DNA of 53,065 nucleotides, filler included, from Squatina squatina (GCA_031763465.1; 3 parts of 2 records of this genome joined end to end with filler, not necessarily neighbours in it); one strand, 5' to 3'. Positions 40,716 through 53,065 are shown, numbered from the whole stretch's first letter. Numbers and translations: made by a program. The notes: generated by a model from the sequence alone, not told the origin.

Positions 40716-41497
40716 AATACTACTAATCTCACTTCTACATTAACTCCCCTCTCCCGCTATGCACCGAGTTTCCTTACAATCCCACAATTTGGTTGAAGAG
40801 AGATATACCTTTTTAACAGACTACTTTGGGTACTTAAAATCCAAATGTTTATTCAAGCCCACACTGATATCAGCAGAAAGCCTGTAGATCAGCATACACC
40901 ATCACTTTCCCCAACCTGCAGTATTAACATAAACCAGCAACCCCTTCCCTCAGTGTTGTATTGCCAGTTTGTGGCCGATACAAGGTCAAGTTAATAAGAG
41001 TTGCTTCTTAGTCTCACTGCGGAAGCTGAAAAATTCAGCCAATGCTGTAAATAAACTGTAGCCTTCAGCCAAGGTAACAATTTTTACAAATATAACACGA
41101 AAACAGGCCCAGAATTTCAATTAGCTTTTTAGCAATTTACCATGATTATCACGAACTTAGTGCAATTAGCATTTGATCTCATTTAATTTGTAAAGCTACA
41201 TTTTCAAAATTAAATCTTATATATTTTAAACTACAAAATTACCTAGGAGATTTGAAGCCTTATGTTTTATAAAAGTCCTATCCAATCAAGTACTGGAAAG
41301 AGTAGTTAAACCAATCTGTCATTTGGGTAAAGAATCTTATTAAAATTTTCTTAATAAAGGCCAACCCCACAGGAACTGAAAGGCATTTACAGATATAACC
41401 ACTTTAATTACATGTAAATCAATAGCCACTAAAATAGTCAGTATGTAAAAAAATCAACATTAAATTTCAACATCAAATCTGTGATATCAATAAAAAC

Positions 41498-41795
41498 AAG
41501 TTGCATTATATAGCAATTTTAATGTTGTAAACCATCACAAAGTGCTTCGCAGGAGCGTTATCAGACAAAATTTAACACCGAGGTACATGAGATATTAGGA
41601 CAGGCAAAAGAGGTAGGTTTTAAGGAGCATCTTAAAGGGCGAAGAGAGGTAGAGGCAGAAAGGACTAAGGAAGGAATTTCAGCACTTAGGGACTCGGCAG
41701 CTGAAGGTACGGACGTCAATGATGGAGCGATGAAATCGGTGATGTGCAAGAGGCCAGAATTGGAGGAGTGCAGAGGTCTCGGAGGGCTGTAGGCA
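41498..41795 (-). mobile_element. L2 LINE 3' end
   Basis: Aligns by eye with 33125-33420 (GAGGTAGGTTTTAAGGAGCATC; GGCAGCTGAAGG; CAGAATTGG). Confidence 0.8.
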
Positions 41796-42872
41796 ACATT
41801 TCCTGTAATTTTGTTTGGTGCCACGCAGCCACTATAAGGGACTGCAGGGGCCACTCAAAATGCCACGCATNNNNNNNNNNNNNNNNNNNNNNNNNNNNNN
41901 NNNNNNNNNNNNNNNNNNNNNNNNNNNNNNNNNNNNNNNNNNNNNNNNNNNNNNNNNNNNNNNNNNNNNNACATCAATTCAGAATATTACCTGGCATTCT
42001 CCGAACAGGAAAATATACCTCCTTTTTGTAGGTCATATGAACTGAATGAGGATGAACTCCTAACAGAGCAACATAGACAACCTCTGAATTCCAATTAACT
42101 GGCAGCCCATTTCTGTTGAGAAATTGCTTGTGGTGGAAGCAGTGCTATAGTATATTCTCATTCTCTGGGCTCAAAATTCACCTCGTTGACACTCTGGAGA
42201 TCAGGAGAAATACTTCAGCAACTTGCACACACACAGCTTCCACATGCAGCTGTAACAGAATTATTCCAGCTGTGATTTTCTTGTGTAGGCCACTTAGGTA
42301 ACTTATTTAAGATCGGAATTGCATTGTACATTTAATAGAGAGCCATCTGTTGAAATCTCTCACATTGTACAGACTGGTTAAATCATATCACAATCTATGA
42401 GCAAGCAGTTTATCACTACAATTATTCACACACCAAGGCGTAGAACTTTCACTGACCTTTCAGCTATTCCTGGTGCTGCCACTCACCTACATTCATTTCC
42501 AGCAAGGTAATTGAAACAAGATATGCTGTTTATAGTGTGGGCCTTTGAGTCATTGCGCTTACCAATCTGAAACCAGTTAATACCTGACCAAATTTAATAT
42601 CACGGCTGTTAACCCTACTCTTCTCTTAGAAATAATTTATAGTTTTTTGTGTATCTTCCGGAATTAGTTCATGATGGGGACTCTCTAGAAGGGCATGAAT
42701 TATTTTTGAAAAACAGATCAAGCCCCAGGTTATATCAACTTCCATGTGTATGCTATTGACGACCAACTCTCCNNNNNNNNNNNNNNNNNNNNNNNNNNNN
42801 NNNNNNNNNNNNNNNNNNNNNNNNNNNNNNNNNNNNNNNNNNNNNNNNNNNNNNNNNNNNNNNNNNNNNNNN

Positions 42873-42945
42873 GCTCAAGTCTCTGGAGTGGGTCTTGAAG
42901 CCACAGCCTTCTGCCTCAGGGGCAAAAGCATTGCCAACTGAGGCA
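42873..42945 (-). mobile_element. Deu-SINE tRNA-like head fragment
   Basis: GCTCAAGTCTCTGGAGTGGGTCTTGAAGCCACAGCCTTCTGCCTCAG, homologous to 12375-12430. Confidence 0.7.
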
Positions 42946-45069
42946 AGCCAACACCAACATTAACTCTTGGGGAAACAGCAAAGGTCCATCTTATAGAAAA
43001 CCACCAAGGGTGACAAGAGTAGGATAGAAGAAAATATAAAATAAAAAGATCAGGTGATACCAAATTTGAATGCCATGCCTTCAGATACAAACACCTGCAT
43101 TTATCACTGCAGCAATCCCAAAATATGCTTCCTTTTTAAGCATACTTTATTTAGATAGGACTTCAAAGGCATCACACAGGTAACATTTCCAAACCGAACA
43201 CTTCCACTGCAATTCCAGATTTCATTCTGCATTAACTAGTTCTCTGATGTGTGCTTAAGCCTTCTGCTGGAAGAACATCAATTTAATACTGAGCTGTTTC
43301 GTCTTGCATTAAATATAGCTGCAGCATCTGCTCAAGATCTTTAACATCTGTGGATATATTCAGTGGATCAAATCTTGATAGACTTCAACCACAAAGCAAA
43401 TTGTTATTTTGANNNNNNNNNNNNNNNNNNNNNNNNNNNNNNNNNNNNNNNNNNNNNNNNNNNNNNNNNNNNNNNNNNNNNNNNNNNNNNNNNNNNNNNN
43501 NNNNNNNNNNNNCACCAGCCCAAGAATGATGCGTGCGTCCACTCACCAGTAAATGATCAACCTCAGGCACACTGCTGTGGAGAGGCTAGCGATTCCCAGA
43601 AAGCGGCAATGAAATGGAGAGCACTAACAAGAAGCTACTTTTAAGTAACCAAGAGCAGTCAACTGAGATGTATTTGCCTAGTCTCTTGGCTGTAATTGGT
43701 CAGAACCAATGGAATGGAAGCAATAGAAAAAGAAGGAAACTTTTGGCTTTTAAAAAGACAGCTAAGTTCTCGTCCCATGGTTTAGGAGCCACAATTTGAG
43801 ACTAGTGCCTCAAATCACTCCGAGGTATCAGTTGTTCTGCACATAATCTATGCAGGACAGTGTGTGTTGGTAATACTCCCAACAACAATTTCTATTCTTT
43901 TTGCTCACATTGTCTCACGTGAGCTGTCGCAGCCTCCCTGCAACGTGGAACTGGGGACAGTTCTCATGCCGGGAAAGAACAGGAGAGACAGACTCCTCTT
44001 TCACACTAGATTTGGTGGGATGCTCAGGCTGCCAGCTCCCAAGGCGCAGGTCTTGTGCAGCTGGCCGCAGCTGGCCACAGCCCCATAGTAAACTTGCTGT
44101 ATTTGCTAAGACCAATAGCTAGATCTTCCTGGCCATTGGCCTCGCTGAGTCAGACAATTTATTTTGCAGTAGCTGAAGGCGCCTTGAAACTTGCAAGTCT
44201 GAAGCCAGCACCTTAACATGTCACTAAATCTAGCAATATGTCAGTAAATCCAGCACTAAAGCAGCGAGAGAGACACTAAAAAGCTGCAATTCTCTCTTTT
44301 GGGCCACTTTACAGAACACTCCCATACTAATCTAATAATTTTTACCTCATATAGGATAATACTATGGTGGCAAGGAAATTGAACCCATGTGAATGAATCT
44401 GCCATTGTTTATGAGCACATAAAGTCTGAAGAGAGAAATCGCCTTTCAGCTCATCAACCACATTCCATTGAGAGCTCATTAGGTTTGTTTTACCCTGGAC
44501 GTCCCTCCCATAATAACTCTGAATTTACATTACATTTTCAAAGCAGAATAAGTGAACCTAGTTTAAATGAATGAAATCTGAGAGGATAAATTGAGGGGTT
44601 TTCTTCAGAGGTAGACAATAAAGAAAATTGCATGCAAATAGAAAACAAAAATGTTTAACAGTCAGGATGACTTATACTTTTATTCAAATGAAAGGACAGC
44701 CTCTTAATAGGAACTTCCAATAACGGCAGCATTTGTCAGTCCGCCTGAACAGCGCTGCATTTTATAGGACCTGCTCGACAGCATTTACAGCAGTTTTTCT
44801 GTTCATTGCATCATGTTCCCATCAGCAGGTTTCTAACGCAGTCCCTCTCGACATGGAAACCCTAAGATCTGGGAGATGGCATTCCTTCTATTCAAAAAGG
44901 AGACCCAAATATTTTTGATCCCCTTTTCATCTCTGGGTTTCCACCCCTCCTGCCTCCCGTACCCTCTCGNNNNNNNNNNNNNNNNNNNNNNNNNNNNNNN
45001 NNNNNNNNNNNNNNNNNNNNNNNNNNNNNNNNNNNNNNNNNNNNNNNNNNNNNNNNNNNNNNNNNNNNN

Positions 45070-45185
45070 ACCGCCCCCCACCCCCGTCCCGCTCCAACTG
45101 CCCCACCCCGCCATGCTACCACCGCCCCCACCTCCGCTACCACTGCCCCCCCCCCCCACAACACACACACACACACGGACACAAG
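45070..45185. repeat. C-rich low-complexity tract plus (CA)n
   Basis: Read directly; abuts a gap. Confidence 0.8.
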
Positions 45186-45584
45186 CAATAAATGGCTAGT
45201 ATCATTGTTTGCTGCATCTGTAATGTTGCAATTGTGGAGGGCGATCCACGGGTCAGCCAGTTCTGGGACTGAGACGCAACAGGGGTAGTAAAACATAAAG
45301 GAATAGTTAAACATCTCTGAAGGCTGCGGTCGTCAAATTTATTACAGAGACAAGGCTTTCCGGGCACACTGCTCCTCTCCAGGCATGCAGAACACATTAA
45401 GGTGATAATAAATGAATAGCCTCTCCGACTGAGCCAAGTGCTGACTCGCACTGCAGATAGCACCAAGAGCCACTGAATTGGAGTCATAACTAGTCTTGAT
45501 TGAGTTAGCAAAAGGAATAGACAGGCAATAACAGGTGGTGTTAAATTAACTGAAATGTACTGACTATTGTAATGTGGCAAACAG

Positions 45585-45735
45585 ATTCCGTGCTACCATA
45601 GACCTGATCAGGCCGGAGCGGCTGGACTCTACCACCAAATTAAATGGGCTCGACTACATTGACATTCCCGGATCTTCCAAGCGGGACTACAGGCTCAACT
45701 TCTTCACTTACAAAGAGGCAAACATCTCTGCAAAG
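45585..45735 (+). CDS. HYDIN: HYDIN (axonemal central-pair protein) internal exon from the C-terminal region, 151 bp
   Basis: Branch-like TACTGAC 45558-45564, CAG acceptor, donor AAG|GTGAGA. (R)FRATIDLIRPERLDSTTKLNGLDYIDIPGSSKRDYRLNFFTYKEANISAK aligns gap-free with recalled human HYDIN RFRVIVEILKPEKPDLSITMKGLDYIDVLSGSKKDYKLNFFSHKEGTYAAK. Confidence 0.85.
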
Positions 45736-45789
45736 GTGAGAGTCTCTGCTGCTCTGTGCTACAGTGCATTGAAAGTCAGCGGATAAGCA

Positions 45790-46181
45790 GTGGAGAAACT
45801 GGAGAAGCTGGGATTCTTCTCCTGAGAGCAGAGAAGGTTATGGGGTGATTTAATCGAGGTGTTCAAAATCGTGAAGAGTTCTGATAGAGTAAATAAGGAG
45901 AAACTGTTTCCACTGGCAGGAGGGTCGGTAATCAGAGGATTTACGATAATTGGCAAAAGAACCACAGGGAAGATCAGAACTTATTTTGCGCAGCTAGTTG
46001 TTACAGTCTGGAATGCGCTGCCTGAAGGGGTGGTGGAAGCAGATTCAATAGTAACTTTTGAAACAGATTAAGTAAATACTTGAATTAAAAAACTTGCAGG
46101 GCTGTGAGGAAAGAGCAGGATGAATGGGACTAATTGTATAGCTCTTTCAAAGAGCACAGGCATGATGGCTTCCTTCTGTGC
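45790..46181 (+). mobile_element. CR1 LINE 3' end
   Basis: LEKLGFFS.EQRRL.GDLIEVFKIVKSSDRVNKEKLFPL...YFAQLVVTVWNALPEGVVEADSI, classic CR1 ORF2 C-terminus. Confidence 0.88.
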
Positions 46182-47379
46182 NNNNNNNNNNNNNNNNNNN
46201 NNNNNNNNNNNNNNNNNNNNNNNNNNNNNNNNNNNNNNNNNNNNNNNNNNNNNNNNNNNNNNNNNNNNNNNNNNNNNNNNNTATACACATATTCTACAAA
46301 GGACTTGCCAGTAGCTGTCAGACTTTAGTGCTTGCATGCTAAATTCATGAGCCAGCCCTTGACACACAGCAGCAGAATGAACACCCGTTAGATGTAGAAC
46401 AACAACTAGCTGCGAGTAAGAGATAAGGCCATTACAAAATCAAGGGATGTAGGATGAAATAAAACACAGGAATAAAACTCAAATAAGATAGGATGCTGGG
46501 GTGAAGGATAGTGAGGCAAGGGGCGCAGTAGCACAACAGAACCTACTCAAGCCTATTCTCTGAACCAAGGTTGATTCCTCCAACCCAAATACTGGGTAAA
46601 AAAGAATAGTTCCTTGCAGTGAGCAGCCACATGCCAGTGGATTAACAATAGTGAGAGAAAACAACTGAAATAAACCATACCTTGGGCAAGACGATTCTTG
46701 CGTGTCTGCTGGTGTATTTACATCATTTTTAATGCAAGAGAAAAATGCCCACTAACGTGAGTCGCTTCTTTGACCAAGGGCCCAACCAACGAGAGTTTAG
46801 CGGAATATACAAGCCAAAAATAATCTCATTCCTTGTGTACAATAGGAAACCATATGGATGAGTAAGAAGACCTCACCTTCTTGATGTACTTGATGTACTT
46901 ATCCATCTTTGGTCCCCCAAGTACACCTCGGTCAATAATAATTTTTTTCTTTTNNNNNNNNNNNNNNNNNNNNNNNNNNNNNNNNNNNNNNNNNNNNNNN
47001 NNNNNNNNNNNNNNNNNNNNNNNNNNNNNNNNNNNNNNNNNNNNNNNNNNNNNATCCCATTTTGCATCAGGGACGTTGACCACTTCCGGGGCAGGGAGCG
47101 CACACTCGGCGAGCGCACACTGCCGGTGAAATGGCACTTGAACCTCTTTTCGCTTCACCAAATAGCACGACCAATTCTTCAAATCACACAGCGCCGCCAG
47201 CCCAGAGATTTCAGCAGACCAATTGAGACCCCCGTATGTTCATGTAGTTATTTTCATTCAGCAATCAAGGAACTATTTCAAGTACCTTCAAAACGGGCTG
47301 ATGGTTCAGATTTAGAACGACTCACTGAACTTCCTGCAACATGTAATTTTCCTATGACTTCAGCTGCCTTGAGTTACAG

Positions 47380-47790
47380 GTAGTGCTTTCTTTGTAAATG
47401 TTGATCCAGCTCTGCCTTCTGCCTCAATTTTAATTTACTCTCATGCTTCATTTGAAACTCAGTCAGCTGTCTGACAGTGAAATATTGTTCTGGCAAACAA
47501 GATTGCATCATGAAAAAAAGTTCTTTTGTAATTTGTTTGGAGACTTTAGTCACTGCTCTCAGTCTTGATAGATTGAAGAATTTTCCCGTCATGCAGGTTC
47601 GTAGCCCCGCTACCACTGGATGGCCCCTCATAGCATCATTCAGCATAGCCACTTAGAGTGCCAATAGAGCAGGGCCCAGTACACATCCTTGCTTCATACC
47701 ATTTGAAACAGGGAATGGTTCAGGCAGTATCAACCAGAAAGCATTCTCAACTCTGAGTCCTTTTTAAACTGGGACCTTTTAACCTTTTGG
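47380..47790 (-). mobile_element. RTE-clade (BovB-like) LINE reverse-transcriptase fragment
   Basis: Minus strand GGTATGAAGCAAGGATGTGTACTGGGCCCT = GMKQGCVLGP (RTE GVKQGCVLAP) and GKFFNLSRLRAVTKV...KELFF (RTE-BovB DGKLFNL.RL.AKTKV...ELLFADD). Confidence 0.8.
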
Positions 47791-49155
47791 TTTGGATCTG
47801 GCGCCCTACANNNNNNNNNNNNNNNNNNNNNNNNNNNNNNNNNNNNNNNNNNNNNNNNNNNNNNNNNNNNNNNNNNNNNNNNNNNNNNNNNNNNNNNNNN
47901 NNNNNNNNNNGTGTGATCGTACCCAGTAACAATGGCAGAAAAAGTTAGGGCATATCCATTCAAGTATAAGTGAATTTTTAATGGTGCGGTCAGTATGAAT
48001 TGCTGCAAAACAACCTCTCTGGAGTATATAGGAGTTTGAAAGTCAGTCCTGCCACAGTCTCAACCTTGGGGCTCGAAGTCAGCATCCATCATTAAGATTT
48101 TAATCAGCAGACACCGCAATTTGCTCAGATGATGAACAGACAGGGACCATGATAAAAGCAAGGCAGTCGGAGCAGCCTGCATGTTACTCGACCTCTACTT
48201 CTTTCCAATCACAACGTGTCCCTTACTAAAACTCATTTCTTATCAGAGATCATAAGTTGCTAGTCGTAGAAACTAGTTAACAGGTGAAGAAAAACCGAAT
48301 GGGTTATATTGCATTTTTATTCTTCCATTAGTCATAACTCCATTTTTTTTTGCTTTTTTAATTTCAAGCCTATAGGGTCCCTTGAATTATCTCTACTTTC
48401 CCATTTAAATGTAAATAGCTCAGGAACCCATTTCATTAGTGATGCTCTTGATTACATCATTTTTGATAGCTTTTTGTTCTTCATTTTAATCCACAGAGAA
48501 TTCAACTATCCATTTTATTGTGGATTCGGGAATAATGGTAATCTTCTGTTTTATCTTTGCCATTCATTCTAGATGCAAATATCTCCCTACAGACGCCTTC
48601 TGTTTAGTATTTTATCGCAGCACATCGACTCAGCCACAATTCAGAAAATCATGCACTGGAAGTTTTTTTCCTTCCTTACGGCATTGAAAAACCTCTCCTT
48701 ATCACTATAAATTTTGAGGTTGGTTGCCATTTTGATCCACTTACTACAAACCATCTGTCATAAAATCAATTTGGGGCAGATTCCATCAATTTGGGGCAGG
48801 TTCCATTGGTATAATTTTATACGTTGCGCAACAATCTCCTTTTGAAATTCTGCTCATCCCATTTTATTATTTTCAAAGCAGTCTCCTGAATTACCATATG
48901 GTTAACCTATTCTGGGTACAGAGCAGTGCTCACAGTGTGTATATAGGTCATCAAGCAGCTGCTTAGCATTTAAATGTACTCACACTTTTACAAATTTCCT
49001 GCTGCTTAATATGGGAGAAGCAGCTCAGGAACAGCCAAATGTAAAAATATATCTANNNNNNNNNNNNNNNNNNNNNNNNNNNNNNNNNNNNNNNNNNNNN
49101 NNNNNNNNNNNNNNNNNNNNNNNNNNNNNNNNNNNNNNNNNNNNNNNNNNNNNNN

Positions 49156-49420
49156 CTGGTTGGGGGCTCAGAAGCGAAGTTAGGAAACAATATTACATGC
49201 AAAGGGTGGTAGATGTTTGGAACTTTCTTCTGCAAGCGGCAATGATGCTAGATCAATTGTTAACTTTAAACCGGAGATTTATAGATTTTTATCCATCAAA
49301 GGTATTAAGGGATATTGGGCAAAGGTATAGGGAGTTCGATCACAGATCAGCCATGAACTCTTTGAATGGTGGAGCAGGCTTGGGGGGCTGAATGGCCCAC
49401 TCCTGTTTCTGCATTATGTT
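49156..49420 (+). mobile_element. CR1 LINE 3' end
   Basis: RSEVRKQYYMQRVVDVWNFL; tail GATCAGCCATGA...GAATGGTGGAGCAGGCTTGGGGGGCTGAATGGCCCACTCCTG. Confidence 0.85.
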
Positions 49421-49449
49421 CCTGTAGCCGGTAGTTCGAGCAACTATTT

Positions 49450-49710
49450 CATCCCCTTTTAAAAGATTTTATGGACTCTGCCTCAATGCATTCTGACAGA
49501 GAATTCCACATTCTAACCATCTAACAATCTTCTGTGTAAAGACACACATCTCCTTTAATTCTTTTTGTGCAGACCTTAAATATGTACCCTCTCATTACTA
49601 TCTCACCAACCTGTGGAAACAGTATAATGCTTCAATCTCATCATAACTCTTCAAAATCTTGGAGAACACCATCAAGCCACCCCTCAACCTTCTCAGTATT
49701 CCTGAAAAAT
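49450..49710 (-). mobile_element. Degraded CR1 LINE fragment
   Basis: GAGAATTCCACATTCTAACCA...TGTGTAAAGA...TGTACCCTCTCATT...GGAAACAG...CACCCCTCAACCTTCTC, the inverse of the 45830-46020 type sequence. Confidence 0.6.
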
Positions 49711-50354
49711 GCATAAATGCTGCATTTATCACTGCGCCGACCATAAAAAAAGTAATTTAGCCATTGTTTGACAGTGGGGCAGGCCTTCACTTACAACAAT
49801 ATATCAATGGCGGAAGGGAACAATCTCAAGTGATTTTTCTTTTGAATCCCCTCAATGCTTCAGTCATGGGCGGATGTATCTCGCAGCTGGTGCACCTCTC
49901 ATACTGCAGATTTAGGCACTAATATACCTGAATACCGCTGAACCAAAAATAAGGATTTTAAATCAGATTCTTGCCATGTATATAGGAAAATAACTGAGGC
50001 TGTGACTTCATCTAATTGCCTCAGGAGTGAGCTCGAATGCAAGCCCACTGGAAAACTCTCCCCTGAGAGGAAATTCCAAGGCAAAATTATTGTAAGAATC
50101 TAATCTAAGAGTGTTACTTTACTGGGAATCCCCCTTTAAAAAGGAAATTAAATTTAATTAAAATGTGTATGTATGATTTTAGACTGAGATTTTCCATAGT
50201 GAAACAATACAGATTGCATTCCTTTCATAGTAACCTAAAACATTTGCAGTTAATATGCTTACACAAAAATGAAAATTTATATCTTCTATTTTATTAATTC
50301 TTTAAAAAAATGCATTTGCTGCCCCCTTCTGTGAAGTCATGTATTCATTTGATT

Positions 50355-50580
50355 CTCATGAAGGGGAATCACTGGGGACTGGAGCACATTTTCATTTCAG
50401 GCAACTATTAGCAGCATCAAATACTCCCTGGTCAAGGCAACTTGATTGGATGCAGAATTCAGCTCCCTTTTCTTTGGCCCAACTACATGCCTGAACCTAA
50501 GAGAACTCCGCTATGCACCAGAGTAACATTCCCATTTTCTACACCAGCCATCCTTGTGGCCCCACACTCATTAGCAAAAC
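50355..50580 (-). mobile_element. Old SINE fragment, LF-SINE-like (second copy)
   Basis: Reverse complement GGCCACAAGGATGGCTGGTGTAGAAAATGGGAATGTTACTCTGG matches GGCCATAAGGATGGAAAAGTGTAGAAAATGGAAATATCACAGTGG at ~195-240. Confidence 0.55.
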
Positions 50581-50689
50581 TGGTTGAGATCACCCAAACA
50601 CATTTCACGTACCATACTTAAAGCCAGCAGAGAGGAGAGCTGAACCAAGATGTGAAGGGTCCTTGTAATAACCCATAATGTTACCCAGT

Positions 50690-50812
50690 CCACTTATTCA
50701 TTCCTGTCTTTCTCAGTCTGACTTAATAGGTAGCAACCTTGATCAGAACACTACAGGTTTCAGCAAAATCCCAGGAGTTTGAGCTCATAACCAAGGCCAA
50801 CATTCCAGTGCA
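50690..50812 (+). mobile_element. Degraded Deu-SINE head
   Basis: GGTAGCAACCTTGATCAGAA...GGTTTCAG...CCAGGAGTTTGAGCTCATAACCAAGGCCAACATTCCAGTGCA, then a gap. Confidence 0.45.
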
Positions 50813-53065
50813 NNNNNNNNNNNNNNNNNNNNNNNNNNNNNNNNNNNNNNNNNNNNNNNNNNNNNNNNNNNNNNNNNNNNNNNNNNNNNNNNNNNNNNNN
50901 NNNNNNNNNNNNCATCTGCTGAATTAGCACAGCTCAAAAACCGAGCTTGGGCCTTTCATGACCTGTTAGCCCCAGTGTCAGATCACTTAATGCATTAATC
51001 CACCGAGTCATTAGGAATACTACGCTAGCGTTCGGAGCATTTTGTTAGCATGTGTCTTGTTGTCCTTGGACATGCATGCAGGCTTCAGCAAAAAATATCT
51101 TTGCCCATCTGTTGGTTTGCTGATGAGCTCATTTAGCCATGTACAGGTGGGACCAGGATTACGTACAGTGAAACTGCACCTCAAGCAGGAGATGATAAAG
51201 CACTTGCACCAGTGCAATGTTAGATTTGCACCACGACACATGGGAAGAAAGCAGTTTTGATTTGTGCAGTTACGGAGCCTTTGTCTCCTTAGCCTCGTTA
51301 CTGGAGCTGGGCAATGTTTGTGATGTGCTGTCACACAGGAGCCGGGTCAATATTAATGTGACACTGCCAAGATAATAAATTGAGGGGGGACCACAGACCT
51401 CGAAAATCAATGGATCACTGATTTCAGTAATGGCCTTAGTGCCACTTTCTGCTGTTTCCTGGGAGGCGGGTATCTCTTAGCAATGATACAGCAAATGGCC
51501 TNNNNNNNNNNNNNNNNNNNNNNNNNNNNNNNNNNNNNNNNNNNNNNNNNNNNNNNNNNNNNNNNNNNNNNNNNNNNNNNNNNNNNNNNNNNNNNNNNNN
51601 NNNNNNNNNNNNNNNNNNNNNNNNNNNNNNNNNNNNNNNNNNNNNNNNNNNNNNNNNNNNNNNNNNNNNNNNNNNNNNNNNNNNNNNNNNNNNNNNNNNN
51701 NNNNNNNNNNNNNNNNNNNNNNNNNNNNNNNNNNNNNNNNNNNNNNNNNNNNNNNNNNNNNNNNNNNNNNNNNNNNNNNNNNNNNNNNNNNNNNNNNNNN
51801 NNNNNNNNNNNNNNNNNNNNNNNNNNNNNNNNNNNNNNNNNNNNNNNNNNNNNNNNNNNNNNNNNNNNNNNNNNNNNNNNNNNNNNNNNNNNNNNNNNNN
51901 NNNNNNNNNNNNNNNNNNNNNNNNNNNNNNNNNNNNNNNNNNNNNNNNNNNNNNNNNNNNNNNNNNNNNNNNNNNNNNNNNNNNNNNNNNNNNNNNNNNN
52001 NNNNNNNNNNNNNNNNNNNNNNNNNNNNNNNNNNNNNNNNNNNNNNNNNNNNNNNNNNNNNNNNNNNNNNNNNNNNNNNNNNNNNNNNNNNNNNNNNNNN
52101 NNNNNNNNNNNNNNNNNNNNNNNNNNNNNNNNNNNNNNNNNNNNNNNNNNNNNNNNNNNNNNNNNNNNNNNNNNNNNNNNNNNNNNNNNNNNNNNNNNNN
52201 NNNNNCCAAGTAGACTTGCAGTGGAAGATGATAGTCCCAACACAAATCACTGAAGCCTTTTGTCAGAGGTGGTAACTATTACTGTAAATATAATCCCTCC
52301 ACCGATCTTATTGAAGATATTTACCAGAACCTGAAACCTTTATTAATGATCATAATTGCACAAAATATGACCAAGGATGAAAGTCCAGAACTTATAAATG
52401 AATTCTGAGCTTACAATTACCTGTCAAGGAGGGATTTAGTTTATAAAGGTAACCAGCTGATAAATAGGATTTCTAAACCAGAATGACACTCGCGATTTAA
52501 GGTTATTCTTATTACAATAAGCCAATCATCTCCTTCCCTAACCACATATTTATTCAAGGATTCTGTCGTATATCAACTGCACAATCTCACATTGATTCCA
52601 CACAAGGTCATGGAACCTTTGGAGTGACAAAAACCTCCAGCATGTGTGTGTAAAGTGGAACAGAGAAACAGCGTTTCCTGTGCAAACGGAAAAAAGCCAT
52701 TAATTCACAGATTTTCCTGTTTCGGGTAGATTAATACGATGACTAGAACCATGACTTGAAAGATTAGGTTACTGCTGTAAAGTAGACAAGGCACTGCTTC
52801 AGCAAATTCTATTCGATTCCTAATCATATTCAGCTGTACGGCAAACATTTTGTCATTCATAAGGAACGAAGGTCTCCATTTGTCCTGTCAGAGACAAATG
52901 GTGTTTACCCAGGGTGAAAATGTTGTTTACGCCTGAAGCAAGCACAGTTAGGGATCAATGTTGGCTTTTGGGTGAGCGATCCATGGCGTGCGCCAACACC
53001 CGCGACAAGGAGGCTGTCGCCATTTGAAGGCAACAGCCTCATTAACATCGGGACAGTGAGTTCAG

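Noticed and set aside
43547-43574. Minus-strand micro-exon candidate (CACAGCAG acceptor, 25/28 bp, CTG|GTGAGT donor)
   Set aside because: In phase 0 after the 46877 donor it gives an immediate stop; the peptide is unrecognised; such signals arise often by chance.
48497-48537. Plus-strand 41-bp exon candidate (TTTTAATCCACAG...ATG|GTAATC) as the next HYDIN exon
   Set aside because: No frame resembles the expected HYDIN continuation.

Overview
Eukaryotic vertebrate genomic DNA from a fragmented draft assembly. The repeats (Deu-domain SacSINE1-like SINEs, CR1, L2, RTE and Penelope-type ends) point to a cartilaginous fish, most likely a shark. The window is not one locus. Two artificial 100-bp spacers (44 N + TTAATTAATTAA + 44 N, at 15675-15774 and 36035-36134) join three separate scaffolds. 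Segment 1 (1-15674) holds the 5' region and first five coding exons of SATB1 (+). Exon sizes are 211/177/127/124/112 bp, and there is an unexpected in-frame TAA at codon 94. Segment 2 (15775-36034) holds an early coding exon and a CpG-rich putative promoter of ICA1 (-) and the complete large terminal coding exon of NXPH1 (+), in the divergent arrangement known from mammals. Segment 3 (36135-53065) is mostly repeats, with one 151-bp exon resembling the C-terminal region of HYDIN (+) and an unassigned exon/promoter-like segment on the opposite strand. Many 100-N gaps are placeholders of unknown size: within two exons they stand for +1 and -8 bases. All gene and repeat assignments come from recalled sequences, not database searches. 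I found no evidence for a previously undescribed biological system. The items most worth checking are the SATB1 nonsense codon (probably a consensus error), the antisense unit beside the HYDIN exon, and a possible alternative first coding exon for NXPH1.
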